The translations under genes were made by a program, and so were the position numbers. The notes under the pieces were generated by a model. That model was given only the letters and a program-made list of their open reading frames with translations. It searched no databases and was not told the origin of the DNA. DNA of 60,732 bases, filler included, from Platydemus manokwari (lineage: Eukaryota), in NCBI GenBank assembly GCA_037951405.1. It is 5 parts of 5 records of this genome, joined end to end, with 100 filler letters (N's around TTAATTAATTAA, not from the genome) between each part and the next. Parts side by side here need not be neighbours in the genome. Positions count along the whole stretch, not along the records: positions 1 to 11,025 come from JBBMOY010965528.1; positions 11,126 to 24,235 come from JBBMOY011839167.1; 3 more parts are not named here. One strand, 5' to 3'. Below are positions 1 through 11,194 of the stretch, piece after piece. The stretch's first letter is position 1, and each line of letters opens with the position of its first letter.

Positions 1-907
1 ATATTTATCATAATATCTTCCTTTTCTAAAGATACGTTGAAAGCACACATGAGCATCTGAAGCATATACAAAAAGGATAATTCTTAAATGGTTTTAAACT
101 ATTATAAACATAATTAATTTTTAATATTATTTCTATTTTTTTATCCCTATATTTTTATTCCTATACGAGTTTTTGTTCATTTTAAATAACTTTTAACTAA
201 AAACTTAAGAAAAGAGGTTAATGTCTAAATTAATTTATGTGTATCGATTATTAAATATATCTTAACTTCATTCGAAGGAATTTCATACATTTTAATAACT
301 TTTAAAATCTATTTTCTATTCATCAAAGATTGCAAACGCATAATCAAAATCGATATCTTCATCCTTTTCGAAAGCTACATATTGTTATATAAGCTGTTTA
401 TAATATAAAGATACAGAGTTAAAACTAAATGAAGCAATAATGTTTACTCGATTAAAATAAATAATTTAAAATACATATTAAATTTTAAAAATGTAGCTCA
501 GTTTGTAAGTACTTTGGCACCCTAAACATGAAAATATAATGTCAAATAAAATATTACCAACATACTATATAGTGACTTTTTAAATTTAAACAATATTTTT
601 TAAATTATTTATACTGGTTGATAATATGCAATTTATATAATAATTATAATCAATTATAATTTTAATTATTTTTTCAAATTAATAGTCAGATTGAGCCACG
701 ATAATCTGTAATTCATTACGAATTGGGTTTTCATGCTATAACGTAATTTATCCTAAAGGCAATACTGCGTTAAAATTTATTGTCTGTTAGCGCTTACAAA
801 TATGATCTGGTTCTGCCACAATATAATAATCATGGGTTTTGGATTACTTGATGAATTAATTTAAAAATTAGTAAATAAACGGATAGCTATTTTCTAGATT
901 TCTTTTA

Positions 908-965
908 GTCGTATCTGTCTCTGACCCGAGGGACTGGTGAGGCCTATAGTAAGGCGAAATATGAC
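908..965 (+). ncRNA. Type III hammerhead ribozyme-like motif with variant core (CUGGUGA)
   Basis: Stem III GTCGTAT(908-914)/ATATGAC(959-965); AUC cleavage triplet (cut after C915); stem I TGTCTC(916-921)/GAGGGA(928-933) with one G.G mismatch and loop TGACCC; core CTGGTGA(934-940); stem II GCCT/AGGC with loop ATAGTA; GAAA(956-959). Order and spacing match the type III hammerhead topology. Confidence 0.75.
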
Positions 966-1054
966 ACAATACGTATCATTAAACCACCATCATTATCATT
1001 GTAGCTATTGTTCTTGAAGGCTCCAAGAGATCGTCATATATATATATATATACA

Positions 1055-1107
1055 TATATATCTGAACCAGGATATTGGTGAGGCTTATGGAGGGCCGAAA
1101 TAGGAGT
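1055..1107 (+). ncRNA. Second, degenerate tandem copy of the type III hammerhead-like motif
   Basis: Stem I TATCT/GGATA around TGAACC; core TTGGTGA(1075-1081); stem II GGCTT/GGGCC with loop ATGGA; GAAA(1097-1100). The 5' strand of stem III is replaced by a (TA)n tract. Clearly homologous to 920-965. Confidence 0.6.
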
Positions 1108-1546
1108 AATTTTTAAACAAAGTTTATTTATTTTTATGTTTTGATCACTTAACAATATTTATATTTCGTATTCCATTGTTTATTTATATAAAAATCAAAA
1201 CTTCTCTTTCTAGAGCATTACTGAACGTTACAGAATATATTGAATCTTATATCCTATCTATTTTATTTTATTTAAACAAAATAATGACGAATATCTGTGC
1301 ACGTTGGGTTTATTATTTACAAAAGACTTTATACATACTACATACTTATCATAGAATTTTCCAACTTCATTATTAAATTTATTAAGTTTTTTAAATTTAT
1401 TTTTTAATTATTTATTTTTTATAAATGAAAAATTATTATATAAAATTAAAATTTAATTTAAGCAGTAACAAGAATCATAAATTATTTGATTTTGATCATT
1501 AATAATAAATATGATTTTCATCATGATTTATTGGAAGTAAATGTCC

Positions 1547-1549
<3 letters not shown>

Positions 1550-1579
<30 letters not shown>
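1550..1579. repeat. (TA)n microsatellite
   Basis: Direct reading. Confidence 0.95.
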
Positions 1580-1582
<3 letters not shown>

Positions 1583-2039
1583 AATAAATAATTGCTAAGA
1601 ACATTTTTTGACAAAAAACTAATGTCGCTAAACTAATGTTGCGTTTGGGGCTTGCTATGTTGTTTTAATTCTATCAGTCTCTTTTTACTATTATTGTTGA
1701 TGATCACTGTTGACTTAATCAGTCTCTCGTGATTCTGATCAAGCCCTAGGTACGAACTATTGAACCTATTTAATATTATTTTCGCCTCGCGTTTAATATT
1801 ATATGAAGATAATATCAAACGGCAACAATGATCAATTATTACTAAAACTATCCCTATGTCTATGTTAACAACTAAACTATCAATCTCTATCAGTCTCAAT
1901 TAAATAATAACTATCAAATCAATAACAAACTCGTGTTTTATAAAAATTTATTGACACAAATATTACGTAACAATTATATAAATTACTACAAACTAATATG
2001 GTTAAATAAAATTTCATACAAAAACTACGAACAACCTTA

Positions 2040-2412
2040 ACAAGCTTCTGGGGAAGATTTACGGTTAAAACCACCTTTCAAGACGTTTAAGATAAAACTC
2101 TATAATAAGACGATATACACGACTGCTATACTACTGATCAGTTGTTTATAGAATTAATCTAACTCACGTATCTTGGGGCATATACTTGAACAAAATGGCT
2201 TATATGTTTCTTCTTGGCGCAAATATAGATCAGTATCCGACAACGAGCAGAATGGATTTGAAAATTTAGCTTCACGTAGCAGACGATTTGAAGATACAAC
2301 TTCACACGATTTGGTTGTAACAGGCGGTAAGTTCGGAAATTATGACGCTTCTCCCCCTATTTATACGATTTGGGAGACGAATTTAATCGTCACGGTTTAT
2401 TGGCGAAAATAA
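2040..2412 (+). mobile_element. Degenerate Ty3/gypsy reverse transcriptase fragment
   Basis: Frameshifted remnants in expected order: GRF..TFQ, DDI (YxDD region), TYLG/HILEQNG (YLGH motif). Heavily decayed. Confidence 0.4.
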
Positions 2413-3039
2413 ATTAATTCCCTAAAGATTTTCCCTATAATTGTTTTAAAATAAAATTTGCTTGTAAAATTATATTGGCGGGATATAAATATTTCGATAT
2501 ATTTCTTTATGTTTAGTCTTGAAAAGGTGTAAAAATATTCTTTAACCGTAATTATTATTTTATGATAACAATAACTATCATTATTATTATCATTATTATT
2601 ACTATTATTATTATTTTTAATTAAAAATTTCTCAGAAGCCTGATAAAAAATATAATATACTGCTTGATTGATCAAGCTTTTCAAAAATTCATTAATATTT
2701 ACAATGCTTGAATGATCAAGCTCTAAAAATTCTAAAAATAACAACTACATTGTCACACTTGAATAAAAATTAATTACAAAATCATTACACCGAAAAACAA
2801 ATGCCATCAGGCATGAACATCAATTGTCAAGATTGTCTCATAGTTATAGATGATGAATTATTGTTATCGAAGAATTTTCCATTTCCCCAACATATGAGTT
2901 AATTAATTCAATATAAAATTGTTAACAATATTTATCAGTAACAAAATATTAATAATGAGAGATTTTATTTGATAGCAATTATAATTGGATGAAATAATTT
3001 ACATTAGGAAAGCGAAATTCAAATTTAGTGATTTTGGTA

Positions 3040-3779
3040 ATGATAGTTTATGTCTTATTGTTTCTTTATTGTGATTATTCGGAAGCAAATAAGTACCCCG
3101 TTGATTATAAACCATGCGGATCAATTTGTTATCATTATGTGGATCAATGGCAACAATTTTGTATGGCTTCTGAAAGATGTTACTCAGTCAATGGAAGATT
3201 GGCAATGGACAAGGAAATACAATTAATCAGGTCATGTTTAAAACTTAAGATAAGATTTTTTACAGGAATAACGGATTTGTTTAACGAACGATATCGAAAT
3301 AAAACTATGTGGATAAATAGCGATGAATCGTTGATTAAAAACAATAACATTTGGATTAGTTCTAAACCAGATAGTTATGATGGAGAAGATTGCACGAGTA
3401 GTGTAAATATAGGTCTTGATGATGTTAAATGTACTATATACACTCATATAATGTGTGTGAGCGTTAATTATACGAGAGTTAATTCAAAAAAATTTAAAAT
3501 CGATATCAAGAACATGTACAATAATGATAATGAAATAGGATGTTATAGAATAATCAAATCGAGAAGTAAATTGGATTGTGGAGCACTGTTAACGATTTAT
3601 TCAATTGTATACTCTTATTGATATTTAATTTTAGATGTCTTCAAGACGATAATTGCAAATCTTTCTACTACAATGATGCTGAAAAACGTTGTGTATTGGT
3701 TAAATATGCTATGAGCACTCTCCCAAAAAGTTGGAATAATGGCAAAGATTTTTGGCTAGGATATCGCATTAAGCATTAA
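3040..3779 (+). CDS. Secreted C-type lectin domain + C-terminal PAN/apple domain protein (exons 3040-3587, 3635-3779)
   Basis: ATG at 3040 begins a hydrophobic signal peptide (MIVYVLLFLYCDYSEA); CTLD motifs CY..C....GRLA, FFTGITD, W...KPD....EDC, LDDVKC......C. A 47-nt GT-AG intron (3588-3634) joins in frame to give CGALCLQDDNCKSFYYNDAEKRCVL, a PAN/apple signature. Confidence 0.85.
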
Positions 3780-4000
3780 TGGCGCTCATCATCTATTTAG
3801 TTAATCAAGCGAATCGATATTTGTTTTGTTGTAGTCATAAAACAAAAACTTTCATCAAATCATGACAATATTTATCCAGTTGTGTCATCATTGATTTTCA
3901 TGTATAACAATAAACAATTCATATTTTTGCAATCAATATTTTTGGATAAATTCCTTTTATTATAAGTGTGAGGATATCAAATTGAATTTGTTTTGAATTT

Positions 4001-4153
4001 AGTTTGATGTTAAATTTTATTTGATGTTAGATTTATTCGATGTTAAATTATTTGATGTTAAATTTATTTGATGTTAAACTTATTTGATGTTAGATTTTAT
4101 TTGATATTAGATTTTATTTGATATTGAATTTTATTCAATATTAAATTTTATTT
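4001..4153. repeat. Minisatellite, ~17-18 bp unit (TTTATTTGATGTTARA), ~8-9 copies
   Basis: Direct reading of imperfect tandem units. Confidence 0.9.
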
Positions 4154-5789
4154 ATTTTGTTTAAATAATTGTATTTGAATAGAATTGAATGTCTAGTCTT
4201 TTCAGTTCGTTTTCGATGCGTATTGTTTTATAAAATAGCAGCGGCTTACAATAAGAATAATTATTAAGTCAAATCAAATTTAAAAATTTAAACTAAGACA
4301 AACAGTGAAGAAAGCAAACAATTTCTAAAGATTTAACCACAATTTTACTCTGTTAACAAAGATTTACTTCTATTTAAACAAATTTAGATAAAAATCACAG
4401 CAATGATAATATTTATATTTACAATAACAATTGTTACTGGTAGCTCTACTGTTTTAAATATTTGAGTAATACTAAGATATTAATCATAATATTTGTCTAA
4501 TCAATATTTAATTTAAACAAAAATTTATAATTATTGAAACACATTTTTATAGGATTTTTGATAATTTCCATTTTGAAAAATTATATATAACTAACAATCA
4601 ATATTTGATTTTTTAAATCAATATTTAGTGTTATGATAGCATTAAGCCTATGATGACATTATTATCAACTTTAATAAATCTGAAATTAATTAATTAAATA
4701 AATAAATAAAATCCGAAACATCGGAAATTTCCTGAAACTAAATCAGTATCAAATGGTCGAACGAAGTTTGAGGGAAAGATGAAAAGAATATCAACAAAAT
4801 AAATAACAAGACACGGTAAATGGGTCTACTATGCCGCAATAAAAGTGAGTAGGTAAATAACGTTAGAAATACTGTATGGAACACGGATGTGTTATCCTCA
4901 ATTATAGAAAAATCAATTCTACACAATTTATGCTGTTATATTTTTTAAAATAAAATAGACAAATTAATTAAATAACTAAAATAATCAATACATGCCAGCA
5001 GATCATTAAATGTAATGCAATATATAGGATACAACCTAATAGAAAGGTATTTGCTGCTGAACTGATAAAATCAATCATAATTATAATATTAAATTTTATT
5101 AATAATAATAAATTTGGCCTGGCTCAAAAGTTTGATATTAAAAATTTGGAATTTTGGACAGATAACATCATTGGTTAATTTTTTGTCATCAAATTATTTT
5201 ATTAGAAATTTAATATTAGAGCCGTGTTGCATGTTTGTCGATCAGCCTATTTGGGCATGAAATAATAAATTAAACAAAAATTTATAATATAATTATATTT
5301 CAACATTATCTTTTTCCATATCTATGGTTTGCTGTGCAGGATAGACAATATATATTCCAGTTGCTATAAACTAACTTTAAAAAATGTGACATTGGTTTAT
5401 TTTACAACCGTGGATTGATTGCAGTAAACTTGGTGTTAAATAGCTCTTACGCCAGATTCGATCTTAAGTAAGACAAATTTTCAAAAATTGCCTAGTTCCA
5501 AGATTTTAATTCTCTACGAGTGTCACTCACATCGGCAAATTAATCCGCTATTAGCACTTGAACATTTTATCATCGCTTAAATTGACATTACTTATTCTTA
5601 ATCGTGTACACTAGTTTTGTTTTTACAACGCTTATTAATTATCAGTTTATAATCAAAGCAATTACATCAAATACAGAGATTAATACACAATCTCAAATAC
5701 AAAGGTTCTTCATGTAAACAGATAAGAGCTTGTAAAATCTTTTAGTTTTTCTAATACATATATTGTTATCTATTCTATTATTTATATTA

Positions 5790-6020
5790 TTATTATTAAA
5801 AGCGAATATCTGCTGCTATAAAAGATCTTTGCCAATCGCCTTTACAATCGCCTTTTGCGTAAAAATGAATCGACAGTGGGACGTATTAGAGACTAGCGTT
5901 TGTGATAATAAGTGCTACGATGTTTAGCAACGAAAATTTGCTTGCCGTGCTTCTCGACAGTATTGCAAAATTTGCATTTGATTTTTGAGTGAAGCCATGA
6001 ACTGCGCTATAAATTTCTTA
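5790..6020 (-). mobile_element. Decayed CGGBP1-like / hAT transposase N-terminal zinc-finger fragment
   Basis: Minus-strand translation KIKCKFCNTVEKHGKQIFVAKHRSTYYHKR followed, after a frameshift, by SFIAADIRF, resembling the CKxC...H..T..H finger and AFxAADIPL motif of CGGBP/hAT-derived proteins. Confidence 0.5.
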
Positions 6021-6066
6021 ATCTTATATACATTAAAATACATTCAGCTACCTATTAACACTGCTA

Positions 6067-6214
6067 TTTCCTTAACTTTTAATAAAATTTTAGACGTCTC
6101 TCATACAACTTATTAATAATATTAAAATAACAGATTTGTTTGTGTTTTTCTGAATTGTATCAAGGTCATAAGTTGCATGAAAGACGTCTAAAATTTTATT
6201 AAAAGATAAGGAAA
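6067..6214. repeat. Inverted repeat / MITE-like foldback (47-bp arms, 54-bp spacer)
   Basis: 6067-6113 is the reverse complement of 6168-6214 with 3 mismatches. Confidence 0.85.
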
Positions 6215-6496
6215 ATTACCTTTTAGTTTATCGAATTTCAATGTCGCTCAAATATTTTAATTCAATAATCAATGCATCTAAGTTTTATAAATGAAGAGGT
6301 TGGCTACAAAGCCGGATAATGTCAATAAATTGTCATTGGATTATTTTCGTTTTTCTTCTTCGTTTCTCTTGGCATTTTCTAGATCGGCATTTTGATAAAT
6401 CTCAAGATGTTGGTTGCCCTTTAGGTTGATGTACAGGATGCCGATGAGTGTGTGAACTGGAAGCTGTAGTGTCTTTTATATTTTATCTCAAACACC

Positions 6497-6592
6497 TAAA
6501 ATTCTTCTTGAGTACTTCAATAAAAAATTCGAAATGTTTTTAAAGAATATAATTAAATAAACTATATATATTTTTGCAATACACTCAACAAA
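6497..6592 (+). repeat. Dispersed repeat, copy 1 (homologous to 13085-13179)
   Basis: Shared core ATAAACTATATA(T/G)ATTTTTGCAATACACTCAACAAA plus ~55 bp of upstream similarity. Confidence 0.85.
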
Positions 6593-7543
6593 AGAATTAT
6601 TAGATTATTTATTAGATTACCATTAGTTAACTTTGACCAGAAAAGATTTATGTGATGATGGAATTAAAGTTTAGAAATCCATTAAATAAAAATATGAAAT
6701 TTTATATTTCATTCTTTCTCGCTTAAACTTAATTAATACTCATCACCAATGTTATTTACTTATTTAAATAACTCAACTTTAATAATAATAATAATTATAA
6801 TAATTATGACTCTACATACAAACACGGTGAGAGTTTAAATTTTCAACATACATACTCAGTATGTCGATAATTTCAAATTTCGTCGATAACAATTTGTGTG
6901 TTTTGTAAATTATTCACATGATTGTGAGTTATGCTATTGTTTAGGTGGGTTTGAATTTGAAACAATTTTAATAAATTATATATCAAATTAAAGGGAATTT
7001 AATAAAGAATTTAAATGAGAACATATAGATATAAATTTTCAAATTTTAGAAAATTCAATTTCCCATTAAGCTTTAGTAAATATTCTAACTTTTGTGGAAA
7101 ATCATTTATAGCATTTAATAACTGGTTTTCGGAAAATTTTTAAATTTTCTATAAAATTTCTTTTGTTTTTGTAATTTTCTTATTTTGTTTTTTTCAAAAA
7201 TGTTTAATAGATTTCTTTCTAATAGTAATAGTTTTATAAATATCTGATATAGAATCTCTACCTTCATTTGCTATAGACGTACATAGTTCCTCTGTATTAT
7301 TAATATTAATATGTCTATTTATTTGGTCAATATGTCGTTTAGATTTCTCATGATTTCTTAAACCTTGAATATTTTAAAAAAACTTTTAAAATTTCACTCT
7401 TTTTCGTTCATTTTTTAAGCATACTGTTTTTATAGTAATTTTCTTTTATTGATTGTTAGCTTAGAAGAGTTAATATTTGATTAATTTTGATTAATTTTGA
7501 TAAATTCTGATGAATTTAGGGTAAATTGTCTTTGTGATTTCGA

Positions 7544-7623
7544 TAGTAGTAGGATAGACCAGTATTTAGAGCCTATTTAGAAGGTTCAAGGTGTGGCTCT
7601 AAATACTTGTCTATCTACTACTA
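7544..7623. repeat. Near-perfect hairpin (30/29-bp arms, 21-nt loop) with AGTAGT...ACTACT ends
   Basis: 7544-7573 pairs with 7595-7623 with one mismatch and one bulge. Confidence 0.85.
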
Positions 7624-7699
7624 GCGTAAGCTTCTGTAGTGATTGCCTTTACTCCTTTTCCACTATTAATAGTACTGTCAAAATAGTGAGAGAAAATTA

Positions 7700-9815
7700 A
7701 TTGTTCGTTAGTCAATATCCAATAGAACTCGACAAGCTATGAAAAGGGCATCGACGCACAACATGGAAGAACCTCAAAATTGACAAACTGTGCACACACA
7801 AGTCGACACCATTTATGATCAAGTAAATCTTATTAGTGTAGATAGCCGACTTGCTGAAATTACTAAAAAAATTGGAAAAGTTTGAACGTGAAGCATGGTT
7901 TACTGATGTGGCATTCATATTGTATCTCGATAGAAACATTGTGAATAAACATTATTTTTTTTTATCAACCATGTCCTCATCAATGCACTAGCTGAAGATA
8001 AGCTTGATATTACTCCCTTTATCCCTATCAATCATTCTAATTTGCTTTCCGAATATTTTAAATAGACATTGGGTTATTTTTGTGTATAATAGAGACACTT
8101 TGGAATCTTTTATTATGGATCCACTTAAAACTGGAAAAATCTTTAAAACTGGCCAAAAATTTGAATATAAAATGAAACTATAACTTTCAGGTTAAATTTC
8201 TATTATTGACAATCTTCATGTCAATGTTTTCAGACAGAAAAATGGTTATGACTTTAGTTCATTTGTATGCGCATAAAGTTTACTTGTAAGTTATATAAGC
8301 CAGCAAATTATCAGAATTAAATGAAAATTCTTTGCCCACATCCGATAGAAAGTCTACCTTTTTCAGTGTGTTAAAGGGAATCACGTAACACAATTAGGTG
8401 GTAGTGGCAACATGAATAATAACGCCAATTATAGTAAACTAAATTTTAAAATTAACGTAAGTAATTTTAATGGATTTTCTAATCATTAGGACGAATAACA
8501 TATTGTTTATAGATAATACCTTAACCACTGCCATCTTCGATGAATGTACTGATTATTTGAAAAAGTTTTTTGATTTAGATAAACTGATTAAATCTTCCAC
8601 GATCTTCGTAATGTTTAGACCTCCAAAAGCTCGTCGACTGCTTTTAGTTCTTGACTTTGCCCGAAGTATTGTCTTTGTGCTAAATCCGATAACATTAATT
8701 TGTAATTATTGATTTATATTTTTTGGTCAAACGATCAATAATATCATCTTAGAACTACAGGGCTTGAACGAATCTTTCGTTGTTGTCCAATATGTCTCAA
8801 ATATTATAATAAAAATTTACGAGTTTTGAATATTTTTTAAACATGATTTTCAATTACTTGAATAATATGGGTGATTTTGATGATCAGTTAAACACCGACA
8901 ATGTTATGGAGAATAATGACAAAAAACAAAAAATATTTTAAAACTAATCAAGGAATAAGTATAATTAATCTAAGTTTAAAAAGTAGAATCGAAAAATTCC
9001 GCAAAAATATTAAAAAGTCAAGCACTCTAATTCAAATAAATTATTGAATAAAATCTTTAACTGCCTTCCTGATAAAACACAAAACCAAAATGATAACAAA
9101 ATAAACCATATTTATGAGTAAGGAAAGGATTCAATAAAAAATAACAGTTGCAACATGAATATGAGCTTTTTAAGCAATATGGGAAAGACTATTAATGATA
9201 TTGTTAACAATCCGAACAAAAAGCTACAAACCGTTTGCCATGATGCATGTCTGAACAAAATTCGATAAAAAAGTAGTATTGTAGTAATTAACCAAACTTG
9301 ATCACTGTCACCAGATTGCAATGATCACATCGATAATAGAGCGTAGAAAGATTTTTCTGGTGGACATGAAATGTCATATTGAAATACTACAAAACTTCTC
9401 GAGGGGTCAAACAAAAATAATATAATTCATTACACAATTTTAGAAATGAGCTAGCAAAATTGAAACCAGATTTCAATATTGAGCATTTCACATGTATTAT
9501 ATGCTCACTTGGCTCATTTCAGGCCTCAACAGAAGCAATTTTGGATAAATTTGGCGTGCTGAAGGATAACATCTGAAACCTGGACAAAGAGTTTTCAAAT
9601 ATTGAAAATTCGGCAAAAATTTGACATTTTCACTCGACCGATGTTTTATCTAATATTAAAAAGCAAAAATTATTCCTACCCATTGAAAAGCCGAGATGAA
9701 TGAAAGAAAAATCAAAATTTTCACAGGCTATGCCGATGACTCCACAAATCAAAACAGTAATCAAGCAGATCAAAATCAATCCAAATAAACAAAGCAAATT
9801 TGTATTTAAAAAAAT
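7700..9815 (+). mobile_element. Degenerate, internally deleted NeSL/R2-group non-LTR retrotransposon (Ulp1-like protease ... restriction-like endonuclease, 3' UTR)
   Basis: Ulp1/C48 motifs EAWFTDVAFILYL (~7890), RHWVIFVYNRDTLESFIMDPL (~8065) and RQKNGYDFSSFVCA (~8232, catalytic Cys lost); CPIC finger (~8785); CHDACLNKI (~9236); IFLVDMKCHIE (~9350); IICSLGSFQASTEAILDKFGV (~9495). The 3' part is homologous to 39727-40055. Confidence 0.7.
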
Positions 9816-11125
9816 CTCGTCATTCACATGAAAATGACAAATATGAGAAATAGCATTAATGACACGATATTGATGATTCCACTGATTATTGATAAAATAT
9901 GGAATGTCTTCAGATGAAATTTATTGATAAATCTCACGGTGAATAGAGAAGCAAAATTCGATAAATGATCACATTTGCAGTAATTATTAGGAGTGCTTGT
10001 TGAAATCTTTCTGCATGCCCATTATCTAATATATTACTAATAATATATTATAATAACATTTTCAGCAAACAATATTATTTATTTTTTCTATTATAAGCAT
10101 TAACAGATATTATCTTTCTGTTATTATAAAAGGAATGAATAGAAACTCAAATAATATCACGAGCACTTGCTCTATTGATGACCGATAAATTCAATGGAAC
10201 AGAATTTTTATTGAATAAATTTTTTTAATAAAAACAAACTAATTCATTTTATTTTCATTGGTTTTCAATTTTTATCAATTCGGCAGCATATTTCACGTTT
10301 ACTCGAATATAGAATTGGAGAACCAGCTCGATATGTTTCATACTGTTTGGTATTTTATTTATTCTTAAGATTGATAAATACTTCAGAGAATAACTGCTAT
10401 ATGAATGTTACTTTAACTTTTCTTATCCGCAAATAGAAATAATAAAGGGAGAGATTGTTCATGAAATTTGATAACGATGTTATCTTGCAGACAGTCTATT
10501 AAATGATTAAAAAGAACTGAATATTGTTACAATACCATTTAGATGTTTTATCGATTTACAATTAGAGGCGAGCAAAGTTTGAAAAATCACAGCCCATAAA
10601 CTGAATGAATGCTCATTGAACTCGCCAATTATAGTCCGATAAAAATAGCATTTATCCGATTACGTTTAAACAGTGATGACACACAACTAATATTCAAAAG
10701 CGCTTACTACAATAAAACAATATAATGATTTAAACGAAGTTAATGAGCTGATTGGTTTTTCACTTTCGTGACTTGTATCAGGTTGAGTTGATCGAATATT
10801 AAAAAAGTTTACCAAGTAACTGCTCATTATAATTGAAAATGATTATTAAAAAAATTTAATGATATATTGTAATGTTGTCGATCAATCAAGAACGCTATTA
10901 TTACATATCTATTAATCGCTGGAAGAGAATTTCAAATTTGCTTTCTCCAATTATACCAGGTTGAGTCAAAAGTTATTCATGTTTTTATGCAGGTATTTTA
11001 TTAACACAAATTGTTATAACGCTGANNNNNNNNNNNNNNNNNNNNNNNNNNNNNNNNNNNNNNNNNNNNTTAATTAATTAANNNNNNNNNNNNNNNNNNN
11101 NNNNNNNNNNNNNNNNNNNNNNNNN

Positions 11126-11193
<68 letters not shown>
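11126..11193. repeat. (AAT)n microsatellite adjoining an assembly gap
   Basis: Direct reading. Confidence 0.95.

Positions 11194-11194
<1 letters not shown>

Noticed and set aside
4001-4153. CRISPR array
   Set aside because: Eukaryotic context, no spacers and no cas genes; a simple minisatellite.
6284-6329. Hammerhead-like layout ATGAAGA-GGTT..AGCC-GGAT-AATG-TC-AATAAA
   Set aside because: C3 and GAAA are both altered and stem I does not pair in register; too decayed to support.
11070-11081. TTAATTAATTAA recurring between N runs (also ~24280, ~34064, ~44062)
   Set aside because: Identical 12-mer with stops in all frames centred in equal N runs: an artificial scaffolding linker, not biology.
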